DNA from: a virus
IMG/VR virus record: IMGVR_UViG_3300020452_000548
Location: 1 to 64,000 of that record
Strand: one strand, 5' to 3'
DNA length: 64,000 nucleotides
Positions 1-9,409 of this stretch are shown one piece after another (positions within the stretch are counted from its first letter, which is position 1; each line of letters opens with the position of its first letter). The position numbers and the translations under genes are program-made. Below the pieces are notes generated by a model, which did no database searches, was not told where the DNA came from, and saw nothing but the letters and a program-made list of their open reading frames with translations.

Positions 1-339
1 GAGCAACAAGGAGGCGGGCAAACTCCCGTTCAGAAAATGGGGCAGTTTGAGCTATTCAAAAGAGATGTAACCGATCCTGTTCATGGTAGCATCCCAGACG
101 CTTCAGCTATGGTATCTACAAGAGGTTCTGGTATCAAGCCATTACGAGAAGGTGGCGTAGCTCAAACAAGAGGCGGGCAAACAAAAAAGAATCAAAGAGT
201 AATACACAATGAAGGCTCTCCTACATCTTCTAAAGGCAATAAAGATACAGACAAAACATCAGCCGAGAAGATAGCTGATGCTAAACTGAAAAGATTGAAT
301 ATAGACGGGCAAAGAGGTAAGAGTGATGAAAACTCTTGA
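1..339 (+). CDS. 3' end of a head-module gene cut by the window edge (possibly the disordered C-terminus of the portal protein)
   Basis: Frame 1 is open from base 1 (EQQGGGQTPVQKMGQF...). The sequence is low-complexity and charged and lies upstream of the head genes. Portal identity is positional only. Confidence 0.4.
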   Translation, partial: EQQGGGQTPVQKMGQFELFKRDVTDPVHGSIPDASAMVSTRGSGIKPLREGGVAQTRGGQTKKNQRVIHNEGSPTSSKGNKDTDKTSAEKIADAKLKRLNIDGQRGKSDENS

Positions 340-345
340 ATAGGA

Positions 346-723
346 TTGTATATGCTAAGAGGGTTGATGGATATGGGCGAAGCACTATTTGACCTCTCAA
401 AAATGGATCCTATGGCTCGCAGATGTGTAGCTTCTGTTGAAGCCATGCAGAAAGCAATTGATTTGAATAATCGTGACGATGTAGCAAAACATCTTGAAGC
501 TGCTACGAATGCTCTCAAAGCTCTTTCAGAAGATTTAGTTCTTCACGATACCCTGCATAAAGCACTTGGTAATCAAATCCCTTCGGATGAGATAAGAAAG
601 GGTGTTACATACACCCCCCAGAACACGGAAGGCAACTTCAATGGTGGAGAAGATGCTATTGCTTATGGTGTTGTAAGACCCGGCAGAAGCGATAAGCTCT
701 ATCGAAAGCATCAAGTGTTCTGA
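346..723 (+). CDS. Hypothetical head-module protein (helical)
   Basis: Tightly packed ORF containing MQKA, LHKA and IRKG candidate cleavage motifs. Confidence 0.6.
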   Translation: MYMLRGLMDMGEALFDLSKMDPMARRCVASVEAMQKAIDLNNRDDVAKHLEAATNALKALSEDLVLHDTLHKALGNQIPSDEIRKGVTYTPQNTEGNFNGGEDAIAYGVVRPGRSDKLYRKHQVF

Positions 724-732
724 GGTGAAAAG

Positions 733-1275
733 GTGGCGGGATTTACATCAGATAGAGGTTCAATAGCAGACCGAATGAGGTCTTTGTCTATTCGTTCAAC
801 TCTTATTCAGAAAGCAGGGCCAGCAGATCCTAATGCTGCTATGATGGCTTCTGACCCAAATACACCCGCAGGTGCAGGGTTAGCTAATACTCAACCTGTT
901 CAAGACCAATCTCTCGTTCCCCCGGTAGTACCTGCTTCCGCAGCAGGTAAGAAATACTACGATGAGCTATTATCGGCAGCCGGACAGTTAGGAGATATGC
1001 TTGGTTCAAGGAAGGGCTATTTGGCTCAATGGGCAAGTAATGGTATGCCGAGTGAAGGCATATCCCAATTTGATATGGTATTGGGGTTAGTTATGGAAAA
1101 ATACGATGAGATGTTTTCTTTGTTGGCCGCTATGCAGAAAGACCCACAGGTTATGACGATGTTAGAGTATGACGCACCAGTCCAAGCCCCTAACATGACG
1201 GATATAGCAAACCCTAATGTGGCTAACCCGCCCGTAAATGGTTTGAATAGTATGTTTGGAGGTATGGGATTATGA
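733..1275 (+). CDS. Hypothetical head-module protein
   Basis: GAGGTGA RBS upstream of the GTG start; overlaps the next gene (ATGA). Confidence 0.65.
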   Translation: MAGFTSDRGSIADRMRSLSIRSTLIQKAGPADPNAAMMASDPNTPAGAGLANTQPVQDQSLVPPVVPASAAGKKYYDELLSAAGQLGDMLGSRKGYLAQWASNGMPSEGISQFDMVLGLVMEKYDEMFSLLAAMQKDPQVMTMLEYDAPVQAPNMTDIANPNVANPPVNGLNSMFGGMGL

Positions 1276-1601
1276 GCGATGAAAGTGGCGAATTAGAAAT
1301 ATTGAAACAAGTCGTAGGAGAGCTTCGTGCATTAAATGAAAGAATTGCTTTTGTTGAGAATGAGAACCTAGAGCTACGCAAAGCAGTTTCTGATCCAGAA
1401 ACAATGATGCAAAAAGCAGGTTGGATGAGAGTTACTACACCTCATGCGGCTGAAACATTTGACCCCCTAAATAGAGCAGGTACAGATGATATGAGAATTG
1501 ATACTCCTTTCGATGGTTCGGGCGACCTATTTACAAAATCAAAAAGTCGCTATGATGAGCTACAGGAATGGATAGATGCGGAAGAGGCGACACGAACATG
1601 A
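1272..1601 (+). CDS. Hypothetical coiled-coil head protein
   Basis: Heptad-like LRALNERIAFVENENLELRKA; start and stop are coupled to neighbouring genes. Confidence 0.65.
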   Translation: MSDESGELEILKQVVGELRALNERIAFVENENLELRKAVSDPETMMQKAGWMRVTTPHAAETFDPLNRAGTDDMRIDTPFDGSGDLFTKSKSRYDELQEWIDAEEATRT

Positions 1602-2389
1602 ATCACGGATTTGCATATCACGACCCAATGGAAGATACTCCCGAAGGCCAGCTTTTGGCAATCGTCAAGCAATTAGAAAATGTAGTCAAGTCAAAGAACG
1701 GCAGTATGGCTTACATGGATAAGAACATGAATTGCATGGGTTGTAAGAGTGATGAAGGAGAAACTTGTGAAGTGTGTTCTCCTAACTCCGATACTAAGAA
1801 ATCTGCAAAAGAGGGATACAAGTCTGACAGGGGCGATGGAAAAATGCCCAATCTTCCTTCTCCTAAAGGAAATAAGAATATGGCGGGCAAATCCAAAAAG
1901 GGCAAGAAACCTTTAGTCGGTGGTCAGAAAGAGCTTGATAAGGACAAGGATGGTGACATTGATGGTGACGACTTTAAGCAAATGAAGAAAGGCGATGCAA
2001 CTACTCAATTCCTAAGAGAGAGAGGTATTATCGTCAAATACGAACAAGAAACATCTGTTAATGATGTTGTTCCTCAACTTATGGAAGTATCAGGAAGCGA
2101 ACAGATACGAGCAACCGTGTATAGTACCAATCAAAGAGTTCCTTACATGGAAGATGGGCCATCAAGAAGCCCGATTAGCGAGGTTGCGAAAATGCCGTCA
2201 GTAGCTCAAACAGGCTACGGTGCAGACGGTTCATCCTTGCACATGAAACTAAACGATGGCGGTGGAGTAGCTGATAACATAGATCAATGGGAAGAAAAAT
2301 TGACTCAGCTCAAGAAATCTTATCCCGGTAAAGTCGGCATCATTGAAGAAATTGCGAGCCTTACCGAACAAGTCTATGCTCGCCTGTGA
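1598..2389 (+). CDS. Putative prohead core/internal protein with a DxDxDG (EF-hand-like) motif and a Cys cluster
   Basis: GGQKELDKDKDGDIDGDDFK; CMGC..CEVC. ATG 1598 overlaps the upstream stop (the ORF track start of 1568 is probably too long). Confidence 0.5.
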   Translation: MNHGFAYHDPMEDTPEGQLLAIVKQLENVVKSKNGSMAYMDKNMNCMGCKSDEGETCEVCSPNSDTKKSAKEGYKSDRGDGKMPNLPSPKGNKNMAGKSKKGKKPLVGGQKELDKDKDGDIDGDDFKQMKKGDATTQFLRERGIIVKYEQETSVNDVVPQLMEVSGSEQIRATVYSTNQRVPYMEDGPSRSPISEVAKMPSVAQTGYGADGSSLHMKLNDGGGVADNIDQWEEKLTQLKKSYPGKVGIIEEIASLTEQVYARL

Positions 2390-2398
2390 GGTGAGTAT

Positions 2399-5300
2399 AT
2401 GTCGGATGAGTTAGTAAGAAGGAGAACAGAAACTTTACTCTCCGCACTTACTGGTGCTGATTATGACATAGACCTATACAAGGAAGAATTGGGTGTTGTT
2501 GATTCACCTCAAGATGCAGCTACTCTTGCAGTAGCTTCAGACCCGCCACCATATTCAATGAGAGATTTGGATAACCCGATGGATCCTTCAACGATGGTTA
2601 TCCCGCAAGACATGAATGCCTACCTTAGCGGTCATACAAAGATTTCAACGAGTTATGCAGGTGATTGGCCTGAAGCTGATATAGACAATAGATTTGGAAA
2701 ACATCATCCATTTCATCCCGAATCAAATAGCTGTCCTCTATTGCATGGTGCAGTTCATGGTAGCCCCATGTATGCCGAACACATTCTTGGATTCATTAAC
2801 CAGTTAGGCGATAATCGAGAAGCAGAAAGGAGAATCAGAAATGATGTTAGGCCAATCTTTGACATTATGGGCGATCCTACTGAATCTATGTTAGACCTTT
2901 ACAACATAGATAGAAGTCGTTTTGGCGAGCTTTCTGATGAAGGATACATTGAGAATAAGAAAACCGAGCTTACAAATGACTTTGGTTTGCTATCCTACTT
3001 GTTTGGCTTAGAGTATCAAACATCTCAACAGCGTGACTCATTCATGGATTTGATGAGTAGGTTAGGAGAAACAGAAGATGGTTCTCCCGAAGCTAAAACG
3101 ATATACAACAAGTTAGCTGAAAAGACAGGCGTATCATGGGGCAGGGCATTACGCAATTGGAGAGATAGATTCACGCCTTTGGCTTCATGGTGGATGCGAC
3201 CTGCTGATAAATCTGGGCCTGTTGAAGCAGGGGCTGATGCCTCAGCTCCAGATAGGCATCACAATTCACCTTGGAATCTAAGCGAAGAAGGGATAGTACC
3301 TAATCATAATCACCATTGGTGGCAACCATTCCTATATTGGGGTGGTGTAGGTCGAGATATTGGCTCTTTGAAAACAATGTTTTCTGAAAGCTACTCAAAG
3401 ATATTCAACGGTTCTTGGCTTGGAGATATGCTATTTGACGGAATACCCTTGATGGGTAGGCATTCGATTGCAGGTTCTCACTTCCCAATGGCTGCTAATA
3501 CTGAAGCAGGTCAAGGCGAGTTAGCTGGTGTTGTATCATCTGACTCAATGTCCGATTTAGATTTTGAAAGAAAGCGAGCTAATTGGAGTGGTGCTGCATC
3601 ATTCCATCACCATCTGCATCCTTCTGAGATACAATCTCAAGGCTCAATGATGGAGATACCGCATAGTGCCTACATGATTGCACCATTTGGTAGAGCTATG
3701 ATGAATGTTGGAGAGCATGGTGCGCCTCTTGCACAGTTTATTGGTATGAGTCATCCAAACTCTAACCCTGATTATCACAAGCTTCACAATTCTTTCTTTG
3801 CAGAAGCTGATAAGGCTTTGACTAGAGAAGCTATGCGACTTGCGGGTATAGTAAATCAGCAATTAGGTTCGGAAGTATTGATTGGAAGTCTAAGTGAAGA
3901 TGCTTGGAGTGATGTTGAAGCTAATACCGTAGCAAGAGGCAACATACAGCAATTGATGGTCGCTGCGAATTATTCACTAATGAAGTATGGAGATGCAGGT
4001 GGTCATTCAGTAATGCCCTTAGCAGACCTTAGTTCTGGGCAACTATCATCACAAGATGGAACATTAGGCCCTGTTGCCCCTACATCAATGGGGGTTGTTC
4101 CACCAATATTCAATACAGGCAATACCGATGCTTGGGGTCATAGAATGCCCGCTACATTGATTTGGTCTGACGATCCGACTACCGGGATAACTTTCTCATT
4201 AGCTGAACAGCCATTTACAATTATGCAAAGAACGGCTCATGAGGGTCATGTTCGTATGATAGACCCTGCATATAGCAAGAAACCTATTCAAACTAAAGAT
4301 GAGGACATTAGATTACTAACATCAAATCACATGGGTTATCCTTCTCTCGTTACTGATTTGCATAAATCGGATGATGATTATGAGCCAACGGGCGTGTTTG
4401 GTAAGAAGCTCATTACACCAGCTCATGTGGTGAAAGATATAGATGATTTGACTACATTGAAAGGATTTAGCGGTGATTGGATTGTTCAACACAAACCATC
4501 AGGTGAGCGTATGCTTATTGAGAAAAGGGGTAAAAGCATAGAACCCCGTGTTCCAAATACCGTATCTAAGGATTTGAAAGATATGAAAGGTGATTTTACC
4601 CTTGATGCGTATTTGGATGATGAAACATTGAATGTTGTTGATTTGTTGGTGCATAAAGGAACGGACTTATCCTTTGAACCATTAGAAGATAGAATCAATG
4701 TTTTGAGAACATTATACCATTCAACAGATAATATCCACTTCCCCGCACCTTCTAATTGTGTTAATTCAGATGATGAAGGACTGGTAAAGGCAATCGCTTC
4801 TTTTGATAGGGGCGAGTTCTTAATCCGAGATGCTACATCTACATTCATCAAAGAGAAGGAATTGCACCCCAAGTGGGTATTATTCGCCAACGATGATATT
4901 TCTAAATCAAAAATATACCCTCCTTTACCAGAAGTAATGGTCAAAGGAAATACCGTAATCTTGGAATATCCTGAAATCCTATCTCCAGTCAAAGTAATGT
5001 TGGCTAAAGATGACGATGGAATATACATTGATACTTACGAAGGGCAACCTCATTTGGTAAAACAAGCTCAATCTCAAGAAGTCCTTTGGACACCACCTGT
5101 TGCATTCTTGCTGAAAGAAGGCGGAGCTGGTGGTGGTGATGGCGGGGGTGGCGGTACAGGAATGGTATCTTCAACCACCGAAGGAACATACCAACCCGTT
5201 CATTCAGTAGCTACAAAGCGAAAAAAGCGTAAGCTTGTTGAAAAAGCACCTGCAATAATTGATGATGAAGAGGAAGATAGTGTTCATCACATGATGGGTC

Positions 5301-5812
5301 ATGTTAGAGAGGCAATAGATGATGCTGAAGAATCTCTTAGCTCAGAAGAGTTAGAAGAGAAGGTTGAGGGTTTGAAACATGATCACTTGCTAAGATTTGG
5401 TGGCGAATACGGCATTGAGCAAACGGAAGATAACAAATGGACTTTGAATGAAGCTATTGATGACGACATAGCCGATACTACTGTTGTTGAAAAGTTTGCA
5501 TTTCCTCGAATGAATAGAGCTTCATCCGATGGTGGAGCTTGGTCGGGTATGCAAGCAGACATTACAGCACCTATGGGTGCAACAGAAATAACTGACGAAA
5601 ACAATACCACATTTGCTGACCCTAAAAATGAAGATAGGGAAGCTGATGAGATAGATATTCCTAACCTTAAATTAGACCCTTCTTCTGAGGTTGAACAACC
5701 ACAAATTGAGTTTGAAGGCGAGAAAGTGATTATGAGAATACCAATCAAAGAAAAAAATGAAAAAAATGCAGATTTAGAGGCACAGCCTACGATTCGCACG
5801 GATTCGGTGTAA
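2399..5812 (+). CDS. Large (1137 aa) head-module protein containing a degenerate ATP-dependent ligase adenylation domain
   Basis: GAGGTGA RBS. Motifs WIVQHKPSGERMLI (motif I-like), FTLDAY, VVDLLVHKGTDLSFEPLEDRINVL, EFLIRD, HPKWVL. Acidic C-terminus. Confidence 0.65.
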   Translation: MSDELVRRRTETLLSALTGADYDIDLYKEELGVVDSPQDAATLAVASDPPPYSMRDLDNPMDPSTMVIPQDMNAYLSGHTKISTSYAGDWPEADIDNRFGKHHPFHPESNSCPLLHGAVHGSPMYAEHILGFINQLGDNREAERRIRNDVRPIFDIMGDPTESMLDLYNIDRSRFGELSDEGYIENKKTELTNDFGLLSYLFGLEYQTSQQRDSFMDLMSRLGETEDGSPEAKTIYNKLAEKTGVSWGRALRNWRDRFTPLASWWMRPADKSGPVEAGADASAPDRHHNSPWNLSEEGIVPNHNHHWWQPFLYWGGVGRDIGSLKTMFSESYSKIFNGSWLGDMLFDGIPLMGRHSIAGSHFPMAANTEAGQGELAGVVSSDSMSDLDFERKRANWSGAASFHHHLHPSEIQSQGSMMEIPHSAYMIAPFGRAMMNVGEHGAPLAQFIGMSHPNSNPDYHKLHNSFFAEADKALTREAMRLAGIVNQQLGSEVLIGSLSEDAWSDVEANTVARGNIQQLMVAANYSLMKYGDAGGHSVMPLADLSSGQLSSQDGTLGPVAPTSMGVVPPIFNTGNTDAWGHRMPATLIWSDDPTTGITFSLAEQPFTIMQRTAHEGHVRMIDPAYSKKPIQTKDEDIRLLTSNHMGYPSLVTDLHKSDDDYEPTGVFGKKLITPAHVVKDIDDLTTLKGFSGDWIVQHKPSGERMLIEKRGKSIEPRVPNTVSKDLKDMKGDFTLDAYLDDETLNVVDLLVHKGTDLSFEPLEDRINVLRTLYHSTDNIHFPAPSNCVNSDDEGLVKAIASFDRGEFLIRDATSTFIKEKELHPKWVLFANDDISKSKIYPPLPEVMVKGNTVILEYPEILSPVKVMLAKDDDGIYIDTYEGQPHLVKQAQSQEVLWTPPVAFLLKEGGAGGGDGGGGGTGMVSSTTEGTYQPVHSVATKRKKRKLVEKAPAIIDDEEEDSVHHMMGHVREAIDDAEESLSSEELEEKVEGLKHDHLLRFGGEYGIEQTEDNKWTLNEAIDDDIADTTVVEKFAFPRMNRASSDGGAWSGMQADITAPMGATEITDENNTTFADPKNEDREADEIDIPNLKLDPSSEVEQPQIEFEGEKVIMRIPIKEKNEKNADLEAQPTIRTDSV

Positions 5813-5818
5813 AATATC

Positions 5819-5850
5819 CTGTCAGTATTGACAACCTACTATTCATATAC
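5819..5850 (+). promoter_or_regulatory. Palindrome TGTCA-GTAT-TGACA followed by a TATA-like TTCATATA upstream of the protease gene
   Basis: The TATA-like element lies about 28 nt upstream of ATG 5874; the inverted repeat is at 5820-5833. Confidence 0.5.
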
Positions 5851-5873
5851 CATTGAATAACGATAGTCTGTCA

Positions 5874-7214
5874 ATGACAACCGCAGAAGCTGTGTTACAA
5901 CCCTCCCTTAAGTGGAGTGCAGTAGGTTCAGATTTCATTCTGAAATCACAGGTTGGTGGCGATCTATACATCGCTGGATATGCAAGTGTAGATATGGTAG
6001 ATAAGCAGGGTGACAGGATTCCCGGTGAGGCTTTGAAAAAGGCATTTGAGAAGTTCATGGATAACAAAGCGTTTAGAAATGTCCAGCTTGCTCATAGCGG
6101 AATACAGGTTGGAGAGGTTGTAGCCGACCACCAAGATTCACAAGGTCGTGTGTGGAAATCCGAAGTGGATGATCACGGCCTCTTTGTCGTTTGTAAGATA
6201 CGAAGCGACATACAGAAGGCAAGAGAGGTGCAGAACCAAATTAGGGATGGCGACCTACGAGCCTTTTCAATAGGAGGGCAAGCATTGTTCCGTGTATCAA
6301 AACATACACCAGAACATGGAAGCCACCGTGAGATTACCGAGCTAGAATTGCATGAGGTTACTCTATGCAAGAAAGGGATAAATCCTGAAGCTCGATATAC
6401 AATCCTAAAGATGGATGAATCTGAAATAGTAAAAGGAAGTGAAAAAGTGACAGAAAGTGAAGCATTGACTGAAATAAGAGATGGACTAGCCCGTGTGCTA
6501 AAACACATGGATGATGGATCATCGGTAGCAAAGACAGAAACTGAGAACAATGATGCAGTAGCATACATTGATACTCTTGAGAAGTTTGCCCATGAGCAAG
6601 GAATTGACCTCGATAAGCTACGAGGACATTTCGGACTTGAAAAGGCATACTTAGCAGGTGTAGATGGTAACAGCGGCCACACCCATAGGGGTCAGGGCGA
6701 TGAAATTGGTAGCGGAGAAGATGCTTCCGAGCCTTCATATCCATCTCTTGCAGCACCGGGCGGTAACAAATATGTTATCAAGCAACCCGGAGTATCCAAC
6801 ATGGCTTACAACAAACCATCTGGAAACAGAAATGTAATCAAATCCCGCAGAAGCAAGCCATCTGGTGAAATTACACCAGCAGGTCTTGAGAAGGGATACA
6901 GGGCATACGCCAGTCTAAGAGATGAAGAAGCTCTCAAAGACTTGGTAAAGTCTGACTGGGAGTCCCGCTACGATGCTGAAACAGCAAGAGCTTTGGCGGT
7001 TCAGAAATCAAAAGATTACTCAGGGCAAATTGACGCTCTAAAGAGTGAAATCGCAAATCTAAGAACAACTAACAGCGAGATTCAGAAATCTGCTGTTGTT
7101 CAACCAACAGATATTCGAGTCCCCACGCATGAAGAATATGCAGCTATGGGTACAGACCTTGATGGCTGGAGAGCCGTTGAGGACTTAGCACGGAGGGCTG
7201 TAAGGGGCAACTGA
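5874..7214 (+). CDS. HK97-type prohead protease fused to a C-terminal coiled-coil scaffold
   Basis: YIAGYASVDMVDKQGD, LAH, AFSIGG (catalytic Ser), HEVTLC..INPEA; helical C-terminal half; lies directly upstream of the MCP. Likely start is ATG 5874. Confidence 0.9.
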   Translation: MTTAEAVLQPSLKWSAVGSDFILKSQVGGDLYIAGYASVDMVDKQGDRIPGEALKKAFEKFMDNKAFRNVQLAHSGIQVGEVVADHQDSQGRVWKSEVDDHGLFVVCKIRSDIQKAREVQNQIRDGDLRAFSIGGQALFRVSKHTPEHGSHREITELELHEVTLCKKGINPEARYTILKMDESEIVKGSEKVTESEALTEIRDGLARVLKHMDDGSSVAKTETENNDAVAYIDTLEKFAHEQGIDLDKLRGHFGLEKAYLAGVDGNSGHTHRGQGDEIGSGEDASEPSYPSLAAPGGNKYVIKQPGVSNMAYNKPSGNRNVIKSRRSKPSGEITPAGLEKGYRAYASLRDEEALKDLVKSDWESRYDAETARALAVQKSKDYSGQIDALKSEIANLRTTNSEIQKSAVVQPTDIRVPTHEEYAAMGTDLDGWRAVEDLARRAVRGN

Positions 7215-7255
7215 TTGTTCCTTAGAATACGGAGATAAAAATTGAGGTGAAAAAA

Positions 7256-8425
7256 ATGAGTGGATCAAGAGGATACATTAGAACAATTGAAGATATGGAA
7301 CGCCTGTACTACGGTGCAGGTGCTGGTGATAATGCGTGGGCATATAGTGGAACAGACCTTCTCAAGGCTGATTCTCCGCTAATGAGTACCACAGCAGGTA
7401 CTTACCAAGCAATTTTTGGCCGAAAGGTATGGTCGCAACTCAACCAAGAGTTCAACGCCTTTTCAATTCTGCCAAAGAAGCCATGGGAGAAGTCTGGATG
7501 GAGAGTCGTCACAGCCAAGCCTAACGCAGGTGCAGTAGGTGGCGGGCTTCCTGAGAACGGAACACTACCAGATACAATCAAGCCTACCTTTGCTCATGTA
7601 AGCGACAAACCACGCACAGTAGCTCACACATTCGATCTGAGCGAAACTGCTATGTTCCTTGCAGACAAAGATGACGGTCTTGGAGATGCAAGAGCTGTTA
7701 TGAAGATGGAGATGGCTAAGCATCACGCTGAGGTCATCAATAAGATGCTTCTAAGCGATGTAAGCAATCGTTCTACTACTTTGAATGACTTCGAGTCATT
7801 GGATCGCTGTCTTTCAGCAACCAACATTGAAACTACAAGCTTCAGCGATGTAGCTGCGGGCGACCACAAGCAATACAACATTGATAGGGCAGACGATGGT
7901 TCTTCCCAGTCTTGGTATGATTCCAATGTGGATGCGGGTACTACATCAGCTCAAAGGCCACTAACTTTGAACATCCTTGACGGAATGTTCCGAAGTGTGT
8001 GGGAGCGTGGTGGTCAGCCAAAGGTTATCCTAACTGGCTACGATACTCTTGAGAAGATTCAACAACTTCTCCAGCCTCAGCAAAGATTTACTGAGATGAA
8101 GAGAGTAGTTCCCGGTGTGAATGGTGTAAAGGGTGTTCCCGGTATGGAAGCCGGATTCATCGTAGCTACCTACAACGGTGTTCCTCTAATTCCTTCTAAA
8201 GATGTAGTCGAAGATGGTGGCGGTCTAAGTCGCCTTTACTACATGGATACTGATTATCTATACTTCTGCACAGCAAAACCAACTCTCTATCATGAGAGTG
8301 GTATCGAAACTGGCGATCCATTCGGAATCAACAGGCTCGGTCAAATGGGAATGTTCCACACAATGGGCGACCTATGGCAACTGTTTTACGGGGCGCATGG
8401 AAAAGTGAGGGACTTGAGCGCATAA
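7256..8425 (+). CDS. Major capsid protein (HK97 fold)
   Basis: Follows the protease; about 390 aa; GAGGTGA RBS before ATG 7256; YNGVPLIPSKDV and G-x-x-ENG-type segments typical of HK97-like MCPs. Confidence 0.88.
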   Translation: MSGSRGYIRTIEDMERLYYGAGAGDNAWAYSGTDLLKADSPLMSTTAGTYQAIFGRKVWSQLNQEFNAFSILPKKPWEKSGWRVVTAKPNAGAVGGGLPENGTLPDTIKPTFAHVSDKPRTVAHTFDLSETAMFLADKDDGLGDARAVMKMEMAKHHAEVINKMLLSDVSNRSTTLNDFESLDRCLSATNIETTSFSDVAAGDHKQYNIDRADDGSSQSWYDSNVDAGTTSAQRPLTLNILDGMFRSVWERGGQPKVILTGYDTLEKIQQLLQPQQRFTEMKRVVPGVNGVKGVPGMEAGFIVATYNGVPLIPSKDVVEDGGGLSRLYYMDTDYLYFCTAKPTLYHESGIETGDPFGINRLGQMGMFHTMGDLWQLFYGAHGKVRDLSA

Positions 8426-8461
8426 GTGCTGAGGATATGGAGATAAAGAGGTGACAAGAAA

Positions 8462-8830
8462 ATGGCAAACACAAATCTAACAGAAGCAAGCTGCTCAGTA
8501 GTTCTTGATTTAGGACTATGGGCTGGAACGAGAGATGGTTCAACCTCATGGTTGAATGGAATAGCAGGTGTATCATCTGGTGATGCAGAAAACGGACTGA
8601 AGCTACTTGTAGTGGATCTAGTTCAAGCATCAACGGCAGCCTGTGAGTTCGACATAACAGATACAGGAATTACTGGCGTTAGCGGAACAAGAATCTTGGC
8701 TTTCCTTGGTGCAACCAATCCCGGCACAAGTCCGGCTTTGGCTACCGATTACGAGCTTAACAGCACTACATCCATTTCATGGACAGCTGCTGCGGCCGAT
8801 ACCGTAAGAATGACTGTGCTGTATGCTTGA
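8462..8830 (+). CDS. Putative capsid decoration/minor virion protein
   Basis: Small beta-rich protein right after the MCP, with a GAGGTGA RBS. Confidence 0.5.
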   Translation: MANTNLTEASCSVVLDLGLWAGTRDGSTSWLNGIAGVSSGDAENGLKLLVVDLVQASTAACEFDITDTGITGVSGTRILAFLGATNPGTSPALATDYELNSTTSISWTAAAADTVRMTVLYA

Positions 8831-8839
8831 GGTGAGCCA

Positions 8840-9409
8840 GTGGCTCTAACCTTGAAATATGCAGGTGGGAAGGCTTACACCGAGCTATCAATAAATGGTG
8901 TTCGGTATGGCTTCGCAAGAGGCGTTAGCAGGGATGATATTCCCGATTGGTGGATAGAACAAGAGATACTACCTGCTATTGCTAACGGCACTACAATGTG
9001 GGTCGTATCTGGGGCAACCCCAAAATCACAAGGCAAAGAGATGATCAAAGCTCTTCAAGATGCAGCCAAGAAAGCTGAACCTGTAGCTGAGCCAACTCCT
9101 GAACCTGAACCCGAACCCGAACCCGAACCAGAACCCGAACCCGAACCTGAGCCAGTCGTTGAAGAACCAACTACTGTAACAAGTGAGGACTTAGTACCGG
9201 AAGTTCCAGAAATAGTAAGTGAAGAAACTACTCTAACTGCTGACGATGTGACTGATGAGATGCTAATGGGAGCTGGATTCTCGGCAGGTATGACAAGGGC
9301 GCAGATGCAGAATTGGTGTGGCTCAAGAGGAATAGCTACCGTTAATACCGACACGAAAGCATCACTAACTGGAAAAGCCCGCCAATATTTAGCGGGGGCT
9401 TCTGAGTGA
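8840..9409 (+). CDS. Protein with a (PE)n linker and a C-terminal HeH/LEM-like DNA-binding helix pair
   Basis: PEPEPE tract; C-terminal MTRAQMQNWCGSRGIATVNTDTKASL resembles HeH/Rho_N-type motifs. Confidence 0.55.
   Translation: MALTLKYAGGKAYTELSINGVRYGFARGVSRDDIPDWWIEQEILPAIANGTTMWVVSGATPKSQGKEMIKALQDAAKKAEPVAEPTPEPEPEPEPEPEPEPEPEPVVEEPTTVTSEDLVPEVPEIVSEETTLTADDVTDEMLMGAGFSAGMTRAQMQNWCGSRGIATVNTDTKASLTGKARQYLAGASE
9098..9154 (+). repeat. Coding hexamer tandem repeat (CCNGAA)n encoding Pro-Glu
   Basis: cctgaacctgaacccgaacccgaacccgaaccagaacccgaacccgaacctgagcca. Confidence 0.9.

Noticed and set aside
9055-9354. Antisense (GS)n ORF and the many other short opposite-strand ORFs inside long genes
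   Set aside because: These are shadows of the coding strand (for example the reverse of the PE repeat), with no RBS or operon logic.
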